Positions 47,760 through 57,375 are shown, numbered from the stretch's first letter. The stretch is 64,000 nucleotides of DNA from Candidatus Saccharimonadota bacterium (GCA_016187125.1 JACPKF010000001.1:169653-233652); one strand, 5' to 3'. Made by a program: numbers and translations. The notes: generated from the letters alone by a model not told the origin.

Positions 47760-48008
47760 ATGGAAAAGACTTATAGAACCCTGCGCAAGATAATTATTGC
47801 CTTTCTGGGTCTGCCCGTACTTATTATTGGCCTGATATTAATTCCCTTGCCCGGTCCCGGAGTTCTTGTTACAGCCGGTGGACTTTTTATTCTATCGCTA
47901 GAGTTCAAGTGGGCAGACCGCCACTTACAAAGATTTAAAAAAATAATAAATCAACTTATCGATAAATCTATGAAAAAAGTCCGTGAAAAACAAAAGAGTC
48001 TAAAGTAA
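47760..48008 (+). CDS. Small PGPGW-like two-TM membrane protein
   Basis: 82 aa; LPGPGVLV motif between hydrophobic segments. Confidence 0.45.
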   Translation: MEKTYRTLRKIIIAFLGLPVLIIGLILIPLPGPGVLVTAGGLFILSLEFKWADRHLQRFKKIINQLIDKSMKKVREKQKSLK

Positions 48009-48016
48009 GATCTAGA

Positions 48017-48601
48017 CTAACTTAAGCGCTCGCTAACAACGTTCCAGTTCACAATCTGCCACCAAGCTTCGACATAATCGGGACGGCGGTTTTGGTATTT
48101 CAAATAGTAAGCATGCTCCCATACATCAAGTCCTAGGATCGGAGTTTTGCCTTCCATCAACGGACTGTCTTGATTAGCGGTAGAATATACTTCTAGATTA
48201 TTCCTACTTTTGACTAGCCAAGCCCATCCGGAGCCAAACCGGCCAATTGCAGCTTCTGTCATCTTGTCCTTAAAGTCATCTAAATTGCCGAAGGTTTTAT
48301 GAATGGCCTCGGGCACATTCTGCCCTCCGCCTGGTTTCATACTCTCCCAGAACAGGGTGTGGTTGTGATGACCGCCGCCGTTATTTTGGACAGCTGTGCG
48401 GATATCTTCCGGCACGTCTTTGATCCCGCTCAGAAGCTGCTCGATTGTTTTAGACTGCAGTTTAGGATATTTTGCTAACGCCGCATTGAGTTTTTCAACG
48501 TATGCCCCATGATGCTTATCATGATGGATTTCCATAGTCTTAGCATCTATGTGTGGCTCCAGCGCATCAAACTCATATCCTAATTGTGGCAAAGTGAACA
48601 T
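48017..48601 (-). CDS. sodA: Fe/Mn superoxide dismutase
   Basis: 194 aa; [14 protein letters not shown] motifs. Confidence 0.95.
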   Translation of the reverse strand: MFTLPQLGYEFDALEPHIDAKTMEIHHDKHHGAYVEKLNAALAKYPKLQSKTIEQLLSGIKDVPEDIRTAVQNNGGGHHNHTLFWESMKPGGGQNVPEAIHKTFGNLDDFKDKMTEAAIGRFGSGWAWLVKSRNNLEVYSTANQDSPLMEGKTPILGLDVWEHAYYLKYQNRRPDYVEAWWQIVNWNVVSERLS

Positions 48602-48632
48602 GGTCGCCTCCTTTTAATACCATTATACTCCC

Positions 48633-49313
48633 CTACTTTGATTGGGTTTTTCGCCACTTGTCGATCTCGGCGTGATGGCCAGAAATCAAAACGTCGGGTA
48701 CTTTGAGCCCGCGAAATTCTTCTGGCCGGGTATACTGGGGGTGCTCGATGACACCAGGTTGACTGTGGCTTTCTTTTTCGGCGCTGGTCTCGCCACCCAA
48801 CACTCCAGGAATAAGCCTGGTCACAGCGTCAACAACAATCATGGCCGGCAGCTCGCCACCAGTCAAAACGTAGTCGCCGACCGAAATCTCTTCGTCAATA
48901 AACTGGGTCACGCGTTCATCGTACCCCTCGTACCTACCACAAACTAAAGTTATGTTTTCCAATTTTGATAATTCACGAGCCTTAGTCTGATCAAATTTCT
49001 CACCCCTAGGGGTCATAAGAATAATTCTTGCTTTTTGCTTTTTGCTTTTTGCCTGCCCGCCGTAGCCTTGGCGAAAGCGGGCTTTTTGCTTTGCCGCCTC
49101 AATGGCTGCTACTAGCGGCTCCGGCCGCAAGACCATGCCCGCTCCACCGCCGTAAGGTGTATCATCGACAGTTTTGCGTGATCCTAAGCCAAAATCGCGT
49201 AAATTGATTAGTTTATATTCGACCAATTTTTTATCCTGGGCCTTCCGGAGCATACTGGTATTTAGCACTCCCCCAAACATCTTTGGAAATAAAGTTATTA
49301 TTTGGATTGTCAT
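48633..49313 (-). CDS. trmD: tRNA (guanine37-N1)-methyltransferase
   Basis: SPOUT TrmD motifs; contains the in-frame (GCTTTTT)x3 tract encoding a Lys-rich insert AKSKKQKA. Confidence 0.9.
   Translation of the reverse strand: MTIQIITLFPKMFGGVLNTSMLRKAQDKKLVEYKLINLRDFGLGSRKTVDDTPYGGGAGMVLRPEPLVAAIEAAKQKARFRQGYGGQAKSKKQKARIILMTPRGEKFDQTKARELSKLENITLVCGRYEGYDERVTQFIDEEISVGDYVLTGGELPAMIVVDAVTRLIPGVLGGETSAEKESHSQPGVIEHPQYTRPEEFRGLKVPDVLISGHHAEIDKWRKTQSK
49030..49050. repeat. (GCTTTTT)x3 heptamer repeat inside the trmD coding sequence
   Basis: Read directly; 21 nt keeps the frame. Confidence 0.85.
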
Positions 49314-49318
49314 AGTAT

Positions 49319-49741
49319 TTAACTAGTAGCTCGGACGTATATTAAGACCAAAAGACCTAGGCCCAGTAACACTAATCCTGCAGCCTCGGTTAAAGTTATT
49401 CTTTCTTTAAAAATAAAATAACTGGCAATTGTTGAAAGAAAAATTGAGCCACCAAGTACAATAGGTGTTACTATACCCACCTTATTTACCGAATAGCTCT
49501 TGTTTATAAGTAGAGCAAAGATGCCAATCAAAATACCGGAGGCGGCAGCCATTAATATTCCATATTTTTGACTATGCCAGACTTTCCTTGAAAGACTAGG
49601 AACGACTAGAACTAATGGTATAAAAACTGCAAAAAAATTAGAAACAGCAGTTACCAGGTTAGTGCTAGCGTTTCTCGAAGCAGAGACAACGACCAAAATT
49701 ACAGCAGTGTAAATTAGTGCCGCAAGGATTATATAAATCAT
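49319..49741 (-). CDS. Small 4-TM membrane protein (EamA/SMR-like)
   Basis: 140 aa, four hydrophobic segments; sits between the KH gene and trmD where rimM is usually found. Confidence 0.5.
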   Translation of the reverse strand: MIYIILAALIYTAVILVVVSASRNASTNLVTAVSNFFAVFIPLVLVVPSLSRKVWHSQKYGILMAAASGILIGIFALLINKSYSVNKVGIVTPIVLGGSIFLSTIASYFIFKERITLTEAAGLVLLGLGLLVLIYVRATS

Positions 49742-49752
49742 CTGTGAAGGTT

Positions 49753-50376
49753 TTAGACATCCAAATCATCAAGATCGGCTAGTTCCTTGCGAGTGCGGCT
49801 GACGACGTCGGAGTGATCTTCTTTGGGTGCTTCCGGTAATTCTTCATCCTCGCTCATATCAACATCGTCGGCAGCACTTGAAGCCTGGTCCTGCCGGCCG
49901 GCCGGCAGGTCGTCAGCCGGTGTAGAATCATCAGTTGTAGCTGAATCGTCTGCTCGACTTGTTTGGTCATCTGCTGGCACTTTATCGTCTGTTTTTTGCT
50001 TGCCCTCGATCCTGCCCGCCGATGTGCCCGCCGGAGCTTCAGCAGAGGCGGGAGCCTTGGCGAAGGATGAAGCCTCGGCGAAGGCGGGAGCTTCAGCGGG
50101 GGAGGGTTCTCTGTCCTCTCGCGGCGGGCCAGTGTCGATAATTTTCAAGTTGTAGCGAGCATCATTTTTAGTACCTAGTGCCCGTAAAAGCGTCCGGAGA
50201 CTTTGGGCGGTGGCACCACGTTTACCGATTACTCTACCTAAATCTTCTGGGTTTACCCAAAGTTCTAACAAAACGCCTTTTTCATCAATTCGGCGCTCGA
50301 TTTTGACGTCATCCGGATGTCCGACTAAGGATTTAACGATATATTCTATGAATTGCTGGTCAATACTAACTGCCAC
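49753..50376 (-). CDS. KH-domain RNA-binding protein (YlqC/UPF0109-like) with long acidic low-complexity C-terminal tail
   Basis: N-terminal KH motif VIGKRGATAQSLRTL; position after rpsP conserved. Confidence 0.75.
   Translation of the reverse strand: MAVSIDQQFIEYIVKSLVGHPDDVKIERRIDEKGVLLELWVNPEDLGRVIGKRGATAQSLRTLLRALGTKNDARYNLKIIDTGPPREDREPSPAEAPAFAEASSFAKAPASAEAPAGTSAGRIEGKQKTDDKVPADDQTSRADDSATTDDSTPADDLPAGRQDQASSAADDVDMSEDEELPEAPKEDHSDVVSRTRKELADLDDLDV
50016..50073. repeat. Arm 1 of a perfect 58-nt inverted repeat (partner 50630-50687)
   Basis: CCGCCGATGTGCCCGCCGGAGCTTCAGCAGAGGCGGGAGCCTTGGCGAAGGATGAAGC equals the reverse complement of 50630-50687. Confidence 0.9.
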
Positions 50377-50456
50377 TGCAGGGTCCTCCTTGTTGTTAAG
50401 CGACGTATAAATTTATTATAACAGCCTAGGAGCGAGCTTTCGAGACTCTCCGAGAG

Positions 50457-51164
50457 CTACGCCTTTTGCTCCTCTTTGCCAGCTCCAGGAGACGACTTTT
50501 CAGATGCCGACTCTTCTTTTGAAGCTTTTTCCTTGTGTGAGACTTCGGGCGACGGATCGATCACCTGCACTTGAGCTACCGGCTCTTCGACGACTTCCGT
50601 CTTTACGGAAGTTTCCGCCTCCACAGAAGCTTCATCCTTCGCCAAGGCTCCCGCCTCTGCTGAAGCTCCGGCGGGCACATCGGCGGATAAGTCGGTAGAT
50701 GGGTCAATTTCAGGAGTTTTAACTTCTTCAGCAGCTGTTTCCGTATGGACTGTTTCAGATGCTTCTGCATCGGTTGGCTCTGCTGACTCATCAGTGGGTT
50801 CAGCAGTCTCCGCCTCAGCCTGAGCGGCTGGCTCGGGAGCTTTAGCTCCCGGCGGACGATTACGCCGCAGCTTGTCAGGATTTCTGATGGCCCGTTTTTT
50901 GGGCTCGGCCAGATTAACCCACTTAGGCAGTTTGAGGCCTTCTTTTTTAAGCAGACGCGCCACTCTATCAGACGGTTGAGCGCCCCTGTCCAAATATGAG
51001 CTGATAATGTCCATATGGAGTGAGGCAACTTTAGTGTGAGGATCGTAATCGCCCACGTAAGCTACCACCCGGCCTCCTTTTGGGCTAAAGCGACTATCTT
51101 GAACAATCACTCTAAACTGGGCCTGGCCACTTCGCCCAGTGCGCTGCATACGAATTGCTAACAT
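50457..51164 (-). CDS. rpsP: 30S ribosomal protein S16 with long Ala/Glu/Thr-rich C-terminal extension
   Basis: N-terminus MLAIRMQRTGRSGQAQFRVIV... typical of bS16; about 150-aa low-complexity tail. Confidence 0.85.
   Translation of the reverse strand: MLAIRMQRTGRSGQAQFRVIVQDSRFSPKGGRVVAYVGDYDPHTKVASLHMDIISSYLDRGAQPSDRVARLLKKEGLKLPKWVNLAEPKKRAIRNPDKLRRNRPPGAKAPEPAAQAEAETAEPTDESAEPTDAEASETVHTETAAEEVKTPEIDPSTDLSADVPAGASAEAGALAKDEASVEAETSVKTEVVEEPVAQVQVIDPSPEVSHKEKASKEESASEKSSPGAGKEEQKA
50630..50687. repeat. Arm 2 of the 58-nt inverted repeat, inside the rpsP tail coding region
   Basis: See 50016-50073. Confidence 0.9.
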
Positions 51165-51332
51165 ATCCCAGTCATTTTACAGATATGCAACAGATTAGTC
51201 AATCTGTAATTCTCAATTTCCAACGAAAAGTTGTGCGGCAACCTCGTTGCTTTACGCAATTTTCAAATGTTTGAGACATTGGTTAATTGAAACTCGATAG
51301 AAAATTGGAAATTGGGGTTTAAAAATTAGTTT

Positions 51333-52073
51333 TTAGTCCTCTTTTGTGTAGATTCTTAGGGCGTTGGAGGCAGCTAAAACCTGGGCAGCTTGCTTGCTCG
51401 GTCCCTCGCCTTTTGCCTTAAGTTGATCATCCACATAAACCCCGATTACAAACATTTTGTCGTGATCCGGTCCTTCCTCGTCCATAACTTTATATATGGG
51501 CGTAAAACCATCCCGACTCTGAACCAGCTCCTGTAAACGAGATTTAGGATCCAGCCAAGCACCACTCTCTAAAATTTCTTTTAGAGATGGCAACAAACTT
51601 TTTTCAATAAAAGCCTTAGCGGCCTCATAGCCTTTCTCCAGATATAAAGCACCAACTACAGCTTCATAGCAGTTAGCCAATATTTGTTGCCGGGCCCGTT
51701 CACTACCCCTTTTTTCTCCGCGACTAAGACGTAGTAATGGTTCGAAGCCTTCACGGGCAGCGGCTGTGCTGATACTTTCGGTTCGCACCAAAGCGCTGCG
51801 CCAGTTAGTCAAAACACCTTCCGGCTCTTCAAAATGACTGTACAAGTACTGTGTTACAATCAGCTCAAGTACCGCATCGCCCAAAAATTCCAGTCGTTCA
51901 TTATGTTCGCTGACCGATTTTTTATGCTCGTTTAAATATGAACGGTGCGTAAAAGCCGTAATTAAAAGTTTAAGATCAGAAAAGTCGCCGAAATGAGTTT
52001 TGGCAAAAGTTTGATATTTAGCAATATCCATCAGACGCTCCCTTTGGTTGCAGAAACTAGTGAAGCGCTCCAC
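51333..52073 (-). CDS. rnc: Ribonuclease III
   Basis: ERLEFLGDAVLE catalytic signature plus C-terminal dsRBD; start may be at 52031 (MDIAKY). Confidence 0.9.
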   Translation of the reverse strand: MERFTSFCNQRERLMDIAKYQTFAKTHFGDFSDLKLLITAFTHRSYLNEHKKSVSEHNERLEFLGDAVLELIVTQYLYSHFEEPEGVLTNWRSALVRTESISTAAAREGFEPLLRLSRGEKRGSERARQQILANCYEAVVGALYLEKGYEAAKAFIEKSLLPSLKEILESGAWLDPKSRLQELVQSRDGFTPIYKVMDEEGPDHDKMFVIGVYVDDQLKAKGEGPSKQAAQVLAASNALRIYTKED

Positions 52074-52168
52074 GGACTAAAGTCCGTGGCTTCAGGCTTG
52101 CGGCTTTCGGAGCGTGGAACCCCGCACCGAAAGCCAGAACTGGCATTCAGCCCCGAACTAAAGTTCGA
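52070..52168 (-). promoter_or_regulatory. Three consecutive stem-loops in the nudix-rnc spacer / rnc 5' leader (candidate RNase III autoregulatory site)
   Basis: CCACGGACTaaAGTCCGTGG (52070-52089), GGCTTTCGG-16nt-CCGAAAGCC (52102-52135), CGAACTaaAGTTCG (52155-52168). Confidence 0.4.
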
Positions 52169-52214
52169 GGCTTTCTGGTGCGTGGGTAAATAGTAACTAG
52201 GAATTAGTCCTCTT

Positions 52215-52249
52215 GCTATTTGCTGATTGCTGATTGCTGATTGCTTAAT
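52215..52249. repeat. Heptamer array GCTATTT-(GCTGATT)x3-GCTTAAT between nudix stop and rnc
   Basis: Read directly. Confidence 0.85.
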
Positions 52250-52260
52250 GCGCAGCATTT

Positions 52261-52764
52261 TCATAGTCCTTGGTCCCTGATCTTCTTTAAGCCTAGCAGA
52301 ATAAGTTTACTAATGTCTTCATATTCAATTTTATCAAGAGCATCGTTGGCCGGCATCCAAGCCAAGCTAGTCATCCATTTTTCCGGTTTTACTTCCGAGC
52401 TGTCACCAAAGGCCTTCACTAAAAATATCTCAGTCGTCATCAGAACCAGACTATTGTTACGCCTGTAACGGAAGTTAATTTTGCCCAGCCAATCCCCTAC
52501 CTTCATTTTTTTTAGTCCGGTTTCCTCGGTAATTTCGCGGGCGGCGGCTGCACGAGGTGACTCGCCTTCCTCAATATGGCCCTTGGGTATCGTCCAGCGT
52601 CCTTTTGAATCTTGAATTAGCAGTATTTCAATTTTTTCAGGCTGATCTGCCAATCGGCGGAATATTACGCCGCCGGCCGTCGGTTCTCGAACTACTTCTT
52701 CAATAACTGGCCGCCGGCGACTAACAAACTTCTTTATGCCAGCCAGGGGTTTTGGCCGCCTCAT
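52261..52764 (-). CDS. NUDIX hydrolase
   Basis: Nudix box GHIEEGESPRAAAAREITEETG. Confidence 0.8.
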   Translation of the reverse strand: MRRPKPLAGIKKFVSRRRPVIEEVVREPTAGGVIFRRLADQPEKIEILLIQDSKGRWTIPKGHIEEGESPRAAAAREITEETGLKKMKVGDWLGKINFRYRRNNSLVLMTTEIFLVKAFGDSSEVKPEKWMTSLAWMPANDALDKIEYEDISKLILLGLKKIRDQGL

Positions 52765-52818
52765 GGTCGCTTCGCTCCAGTGGGTAGTCGATGGTGAATA
52801 GTCGGTAGAAGAATCATT

Positions 52819-53406
52819 CTATTTAATCCTCTTAGTGGTGGCTTTTTTAATTTTTTTAGACTTGTGACTAGCGACTTTCTTGCCCTGAGCTTGTCGCCCT
52901 TCGAGTATCCTCAGGGCGACCCTGAGTTTTAGTCGAACGGGTCGAACGGGTGACTTGCGACCTGCTAATTTGTCGGCTTCGGCTTCTTTATGGCGCAAAA
53001 CCGTTCCCAGAACGCCGTTAATAAATTTAGAAGAGTTGTCACCTCCAAAAGCCTTGGCTAGTTCTACAGCTTCGTTGATAGCCACTTTAGGCGGCACTTC
53101 GGTTGCAAACAGAAGTTCATAAACGCCGATCCGCAGCACTGTTCGGTCCATACGAGCAATCTGTTCAATTGGCCATTCCGGGGCTACCGGCTGAATTAAT
53201 CTATCTATGGCATTCCTGTGCTTACTTACTCCATAAACTATTTTTTTTATAAATTCTTTATCGTCGATCGTTTCTTTATAACGATCAATGTTCCGGTCAA
53301 GAACAACCTTAAGACTAAAGGCTTTATCTTTGCACTCCTGGCGAAAATCCTGCTCATATAGAGTCTGCAGGGCTATTATTCTTCCTAGGTGGCGGTTAGC
53401 GCTCAT
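52819..53406 (-). CDS. nusB: Transcription antitermination factor NusB with basic C-terminal tail
   Basis: N-terminus RHLGRIIALQTLYEQDF and helical NusB pattern; Lys/Arg-rich 50-aa tail. Confidence 0.8.
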   Translation of the reverse strand: MSANRHLGRIIALQTLYEQDFRQECKDKAFSLKVVLDRNIDRYKETIDDKEFIKKIVYGVSKHRNAIDRLIQPVAPEWPIEQIARMDRTVLRIGVYELLFATEVPPKVAINEAVELAKAFGGDNSSKFINGVLGTVLRHKEAEADKLAGRKSPVRPVRLKLRVALRILEGRQAQGKKVASHKSKKIKKATTKRIK

Positions 53407-53449
53407 TTTATGATTTAAGGTTCCTTACTTAGCTTTGTAAAATGAGTCT

Positions 53450-53605
53450 TCAGGCTTTCTTAGCGGCAGCTTTGCTAAGACGACTCTTGCCTAACATGAC
53501 TTTAACTGGGCTTTTGGCGTTGACGGCTCTAGCCAAATTAGTCACTAGATGACTGCGGCGCATGCCGGTGCGACGCGAACTAGTCCGTTTTTTGGGCTTG
53601 CCCAT
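53450..53605 (-). CDS. rpmF: 50S ribosomal protein L32-like small basic protein (51 aa), not in the ORF track
   Basis: Reverse-strand translation MGKPKKRTSSRRTGMRRSHLVTNLARAVNAKSPVKVMLGKSRLSKAAAKKA; N-terminus matches the bL32 pattern (K..RTS..RR..RRSH). Confidence 0.55.
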   Translation of the reverse strand: MGKPKKRTSSRRTGMRRSHLVTNLARAVNAKSPVKVMLGKSRLSKAAAKKA

Positions 53606-54160
53606 ACTAATAGAACTCCTATTTTATTACCAAATTCTTTACTTCCATTATACCATCAGTAGCCTAATCTGTTAGTGGTTTAGAAGACCGGCGTTGACTT
53701 AACCATCAGACGAGTATACAGTATGTCTGTAGTATGACCAGTGGGTGTCCCGGCGAGGAGTTATCTGACCCGGATTCCAAGGAACCAATGATCCAGCCTG
53801 ACGGTATGCCCTGGAGAAGAATTATTGCTATTTCAGCAGTATTTGCGGCTTTGGTGGGGACTACGCTATCCATCGTCCGTGATACTTTCCCGAGACAAAT
53901 CGGGCTTGTCGAATGCCGGAACTGACAAGAACGTCCGGCTTTTGGTACTTTAGGCAGGATCGCCCTGCAAATCAAACAAGCAAGTAACGGCAGAGTTGAC
54001 GCCGGCCTCCTGACAAGGAAAATTGCTGACAGAAATAGCCTGCCCCCAAACACCAGGCAAATGTATTCAGGTCAATCGCTACTAGTGCCAGATATTTGCA
54101 ACCCAGAGGACTATTCTGCAAGACTCCCCGGTAATCTCGCCAGGCCAATGCTAGAACTTT

Positions 54161-56710
54161 TCAAACTACTAGGCTAACTAACCTACCCTGAACATAAATA
54201 GCTTTTTTTATTTTTTTACCCGCCAGATTTTTTGCGACTTTTTCGTTATTTTTGGCAGTTTCAATTGCCTCTTCTTCGCTAATATCCGCTGTCACGACAA
54301 TTTCACCACGAACTTTCCCATTAACCTGCACGGCCAAAGTTATAAATTCTTCAGACACAAGTTGCGCATCCCATTGAGGCCAGGGACTTATATGGACCGA
54401 TGCTTTATGACCAAGCTCAGCCCAAAGCTCCTCGGCAATGTGCGGCGCAAACGGCGCCAATAGCTGCACCAGATTTTCCAGTTCAGTTTTCCAAGTCTTG
54501 TAAGCTAACTCAAAGTTACTTGCCCCGAGCTTAGTCGAGGGGTGTTTACCTTTAATCTTATAAAGCTCATTAACACACTCCATTAAAGCCGCGATAGCTG
54601 TATTAAAACTTAATTCTTCCAGGTCCTGGCTGACTTTTTTAATGGTTTTGTGAACCGTCCGGGCAATTTGAACCTCCAATTCCGCATTATGCCCCATGCC
54701 TTGATCTTTGATCTTTGATCTTTGATCTTTGGTTTCATCTAGATATTCCTGGACGATTGTCCAAACCCGCTGTAAAAATCGGAAGGTCCCACCCAGGCCC
54801 TCAACATTCCAAGCAGCCGCTTGATTCCACGGTCCGATAAATAACTCCATCAAACGGATAGAATCGGCACCGTAACCTTGCTTGATCAGCTGATCCGGCT
54901 CGATAGTATTATTCCAGCTCTTGCTCATTTTTTTACCATCAGGCGCTAAGATCATGCCCTGGTTGCGCAGGGTAATGAACGGTTCGTCAAAGTCAATCAA
55001 TTTTTCGTCAAACATAACTTTTGTCCAAAAACGGGCATAAAGAAGATGCATTACGGCGTGTTCGGCGCCGCCGATGTAATCATCTACGGGCAGCCAAAAA
55101 TCTACTTTGGCTTTATCAAAAGGCATATTTGCATTATGCGGATCGGCGAAGCGCAAAAAATACCAACTACTGCAAGCAAAACCGTCCATGGTGTCGGTTT
55201 CGCGCTGAGCATCAGCACCACATTTGGGACATTTGACGTTTACAAACTCCGGTACATTAGCCAACGGGCTGTGGCCATCGCCGCTTGGTTCGTAACTTTT
55301 TACTTCGGGCAAAACTACCGGTAGCTGATCTTCTGGCACCGGCACTGCCCCGTCTTTTGGACAGTGAATGATTGGAATCGGAGCACCCCAATAACGCTGC
55401 CGGCTTATTAACCAATCTCTAAGATGGTAGCTCTTGGTGCGTTTGCCCATGTTTTTCTTTTCCATTAGGTCTCTCATTTTTTCTATCGCGTCTGTAATTT
55501 CTAGACCATCAAGAGGACCTGAATTGATCATTCTGCCAGCCGTTTCTTGCACTTGTTCCGGCTCGGTGATTGGTGAGATATCTCCATCGGGCCCAACTAC
55601 AACGCGCTCAATCGGAATGTCGAATTGCTTAGCAAATTCAAAGTCGCGCATATCATGTCCTGGTACCCCAACAACTGCCCCCGTCCCGAAGCCAGCCAGT
55701 ACAAAGTCGGACACCCAGACTGGAAGATCTTTATCATTCAGTGGGTTTTTAACATACAGCCCCGTAAATACCCCTGTCTTTAGTCGGCCTTCTTCTTGTC
55801 TTTCAATCTCACTTTTTATTAATGTTTTTTGAACATACTGTTCAACTGCCTGCCAATGTGATGGACCAGAATTTGGTATGATTTCCTGGCTGATAACCTT
55901 TTGCACAAGCTGATGTTCCGGTGCCAGCACAACAAAAGTCGCCCCAAAATTAGTATCGGGACGGCCGGTAAATATAGTAATTTCTTGCTGGGTTTTAGCG
56001 TTCGTAGTTTTGTAAGTAACGTTTATGCCTTCTTTGCGACCTACCCAGTTACGCTGCATAGCTTTGATAGCCTCGGACCAATTAACATTGTCTAGATCAT
56101 CAGCTAGCCTATCGGCATAGTCGGTGATTTTGAAAAACCATTGTTTTAAGGCTTTCTTTTCGACTAAGTTGCCGCAGCGCCAGCAGCGACCGTTTTCAAC
56201 TTGTTCGTTAGCTAGAACTGTTTTATCAAACGGGCACCACCACTGGAGACTTTCTTGCTGATAGGCTAGTCCTCTCTCAAAAAGCATAAGGAAGAACCAC
56301 TGAGTCCATTTGTAATAAGCCGGATCAGTGCTATTTATTTCACGTGGCCAGTCATAAGAAAACCCCATTTGCATTAGCTGAGCTTTAAAGTTCTCGACAT
56401 TTTTAGTCACTGCTTGTTGTGGGCTGATGCCAGTTTTGATAGCATAATTTTCGGCCGGCAGACCAAAGGCGTCCCAGCCCATAGGGTGCAGCACATTCAT
56501 ACCGTTCATCCGGCTATAGCGAGCAACGGCATCTCCGATGGTGTAGTTACGCACATGGCCAACATGCATAGCCGCGCCACTAGGATATGGGAAATATTCT
56601 AAAACGTAACGTTTTAGTTTAGATTTATCTTCTGTGGCTTGATAGATCTTAGACTTTTCCCAAATTTTTTGCCACTTGGGCTCGATTTCCTTCGGATTGT
56701 AGCGTCTCAT
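54161..56710 (-). CDS. leuS: Leucyl-tRNA synthetase
   Basis: 849 aa; class I HVGH and KMSKS motifs, CP1 editing domain. Confidence 0.95.
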   Translation of the reverse strand: MRRYNPKEIEPKWQKIWEKSKIYQATEDKSKLKRYVLEYFPYPSGAAMHVGHVRNYTIGDAVARYSRMNGMNVLHPMGWDAFGLPAENYAIKTGISPQQAVTKNVENFKAQLMQMGFSYDWPREINSTDPAYYKWTQWFFLMLFERGLAYQQESLQWWCPFDKTVLANEQVENGRCWRCGNLVEKKALKQWFFKITDYADRLADDLDNVNWSEAIKAMQRNWVGRKEGINVTYKTTNAKTQQEITIFTGRPDTNFGATFVVLAPEHQLVQKVISQEIIPNSGPSHWQAVEQYVQKTLIKSEIERQEEGRLKTGVFTGLYVKNPLNDKDLPVWVSDFVLAGFGTGAVVGVPGHDMRDFEFAKQFDIPIERVVVGPDGDISPITEPEQVQETAGRMINSGPLDGLEITDAIEKMRDLMEKKNMGKRTKSYHLRDWLISRQRYWGAPIPIIHCPKDGAVPVPEDQLPVVLPEVKSYEPSGDGHSPLANVPEFVNVKCPKCGADAQRETDTMDGFACSSWYFLRFADPHNANMPFDKAKVDFWLPVDDYIGGAEHAVMHLLYARFWTKVMFDEKLIDFDEPFITLRNQGMILAPDGKKMSKSWNNTIEPDQLIKQGYGADSIRLMELFIGPWNQAAAWNVEGLGGTFRFLQRVWTIVQEYLDETKDQRSKIKDQGMGHNAELEVQIARTVHKTIKKVSQDLEELSFNTAIAALMECVNELYKIKGKHPSTKLGASNFELAYKTWKTELENLVQLLAPFAPHIAEELWAELGHKASVHISPWPQWDAQLVSEEFITLAVQVNGKVRGEIVVTADISEEEAIETAKNNEKVAKNLAGKKIKKAIYVQGRLVSLVV
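54703..54730. repeat. (GATCTTT)x4 heptamer repeat inside the leuS coding sequence (encodes part of ...ETKDQRSKIKDQG...)
   Basis: Read directly. Confidence 0.85.
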
Positions 56711-56795
56711 CCTTACATCTATTTTAACAGGTATAGTAATCCATTAATGTATGACTTGATAAATAATATGTAGTCTTCCATTTTTTTAATTTGGC

Positions 56796-57119
56796 TTAAC
56801 TTCTAATTCTAGCCAGTACTTGTACAATATCGCTTCGCGTTAGGGGACAATCACCGGCTGCAGCGTCTGAAGAACAAGCTGTACAATTTGCCACCAGATC
56901 AATTATTGCCCGGCCTCGATCAGCCATTTCTTTGGCTGATAATGCGCTCACTCTCCTTCTAATACCTTCTTTTGTGCTAAAAATAGTATTACCTTGTCGA
57001 TCCATCACGACTGTACCAGCCTCTATGGTCTTAATGAACGGTGCCACGGAGCTGGCATCGGGTACGAGTCGTGGACAACCCGCTTTAGGACCCACAAATT
57101 CTCGTTTAACTTCCGACAT
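56796..57119 (-). CDS. Hypothetical small protein, 107 aa, with C-terminal CxxC...C motif
   Basis: ORF with ordinary composition; no family recognised. Confidence 0.35.
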   Translation of the reverse strand: MSEVKREFVGPKAGCPRLVPDASSVAPFIKTIEAGTVVMDRQGNTIFSTKEGIRRRVSALSAKEMADRGRAIIDLVANCTACSSDAAAGDCPLTRSDIVQVLARIRS

Positions 57120-57163
57120 TTATATCTAGTCTCCTTTCAAATTATCTTCTTGTTGAACATTAA

Positions 57164-57196
57164 AAGAGCCCTTTTTGACGAGGGCTCTTGGTTTTG
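57164..57196. terminator. Strong hairpin (9-bp stem AAGAGCCCT/AGGGCTCTT) with T-tracts on both sides; bidirectional-terminator-like, but sits between divergently oriented genes
   Basis: Read directly; no convergent transcript is annotated to use it. Confidence 0.35.
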
Positions 57197-57375
57197 AAAA
57201 ATTAAATCAGCTACAAGCAGAGCTCTCGCCAGGACGGCAATGTAAGGAGCTGCCAACTATCAACCAAATTTCGCATATTAGGTGATACTAACATATCATT
57301 TATAAATACAGCAAATTAGCGGTATTATACCGAAGGCTAAAACTGTTTCACTCTGTTATACTCAAGCTTAAGAAA

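Noticed and set aside
53706-54053. The minus-strand 115-aa ORF as a degraded DUF177/YceD
   Set aside because: It has Cys residues but not the C-terminal GLCxxCGxNLN-type motif. Its composition looks random. It is left unannotated.
53606-54160. tmRNA, RNase P RNA or SRP RNA in the rpmF-leuS gap
   Set aside because: Reading by eye gave only weak partial resemblance, such as CCGGCTT, to RNase P P4. No T-arm, tag reading frame or SRP domain IV motif was found. The call is not supportable without a covariance-model search.
56711-57200. T-box leader upstream of leuS
   Set aside because: No T-box consensus (AANNNGGGTGGNACCGCG) is present on the leader strand, and the region contains a plausible 107-aa ORF instead.
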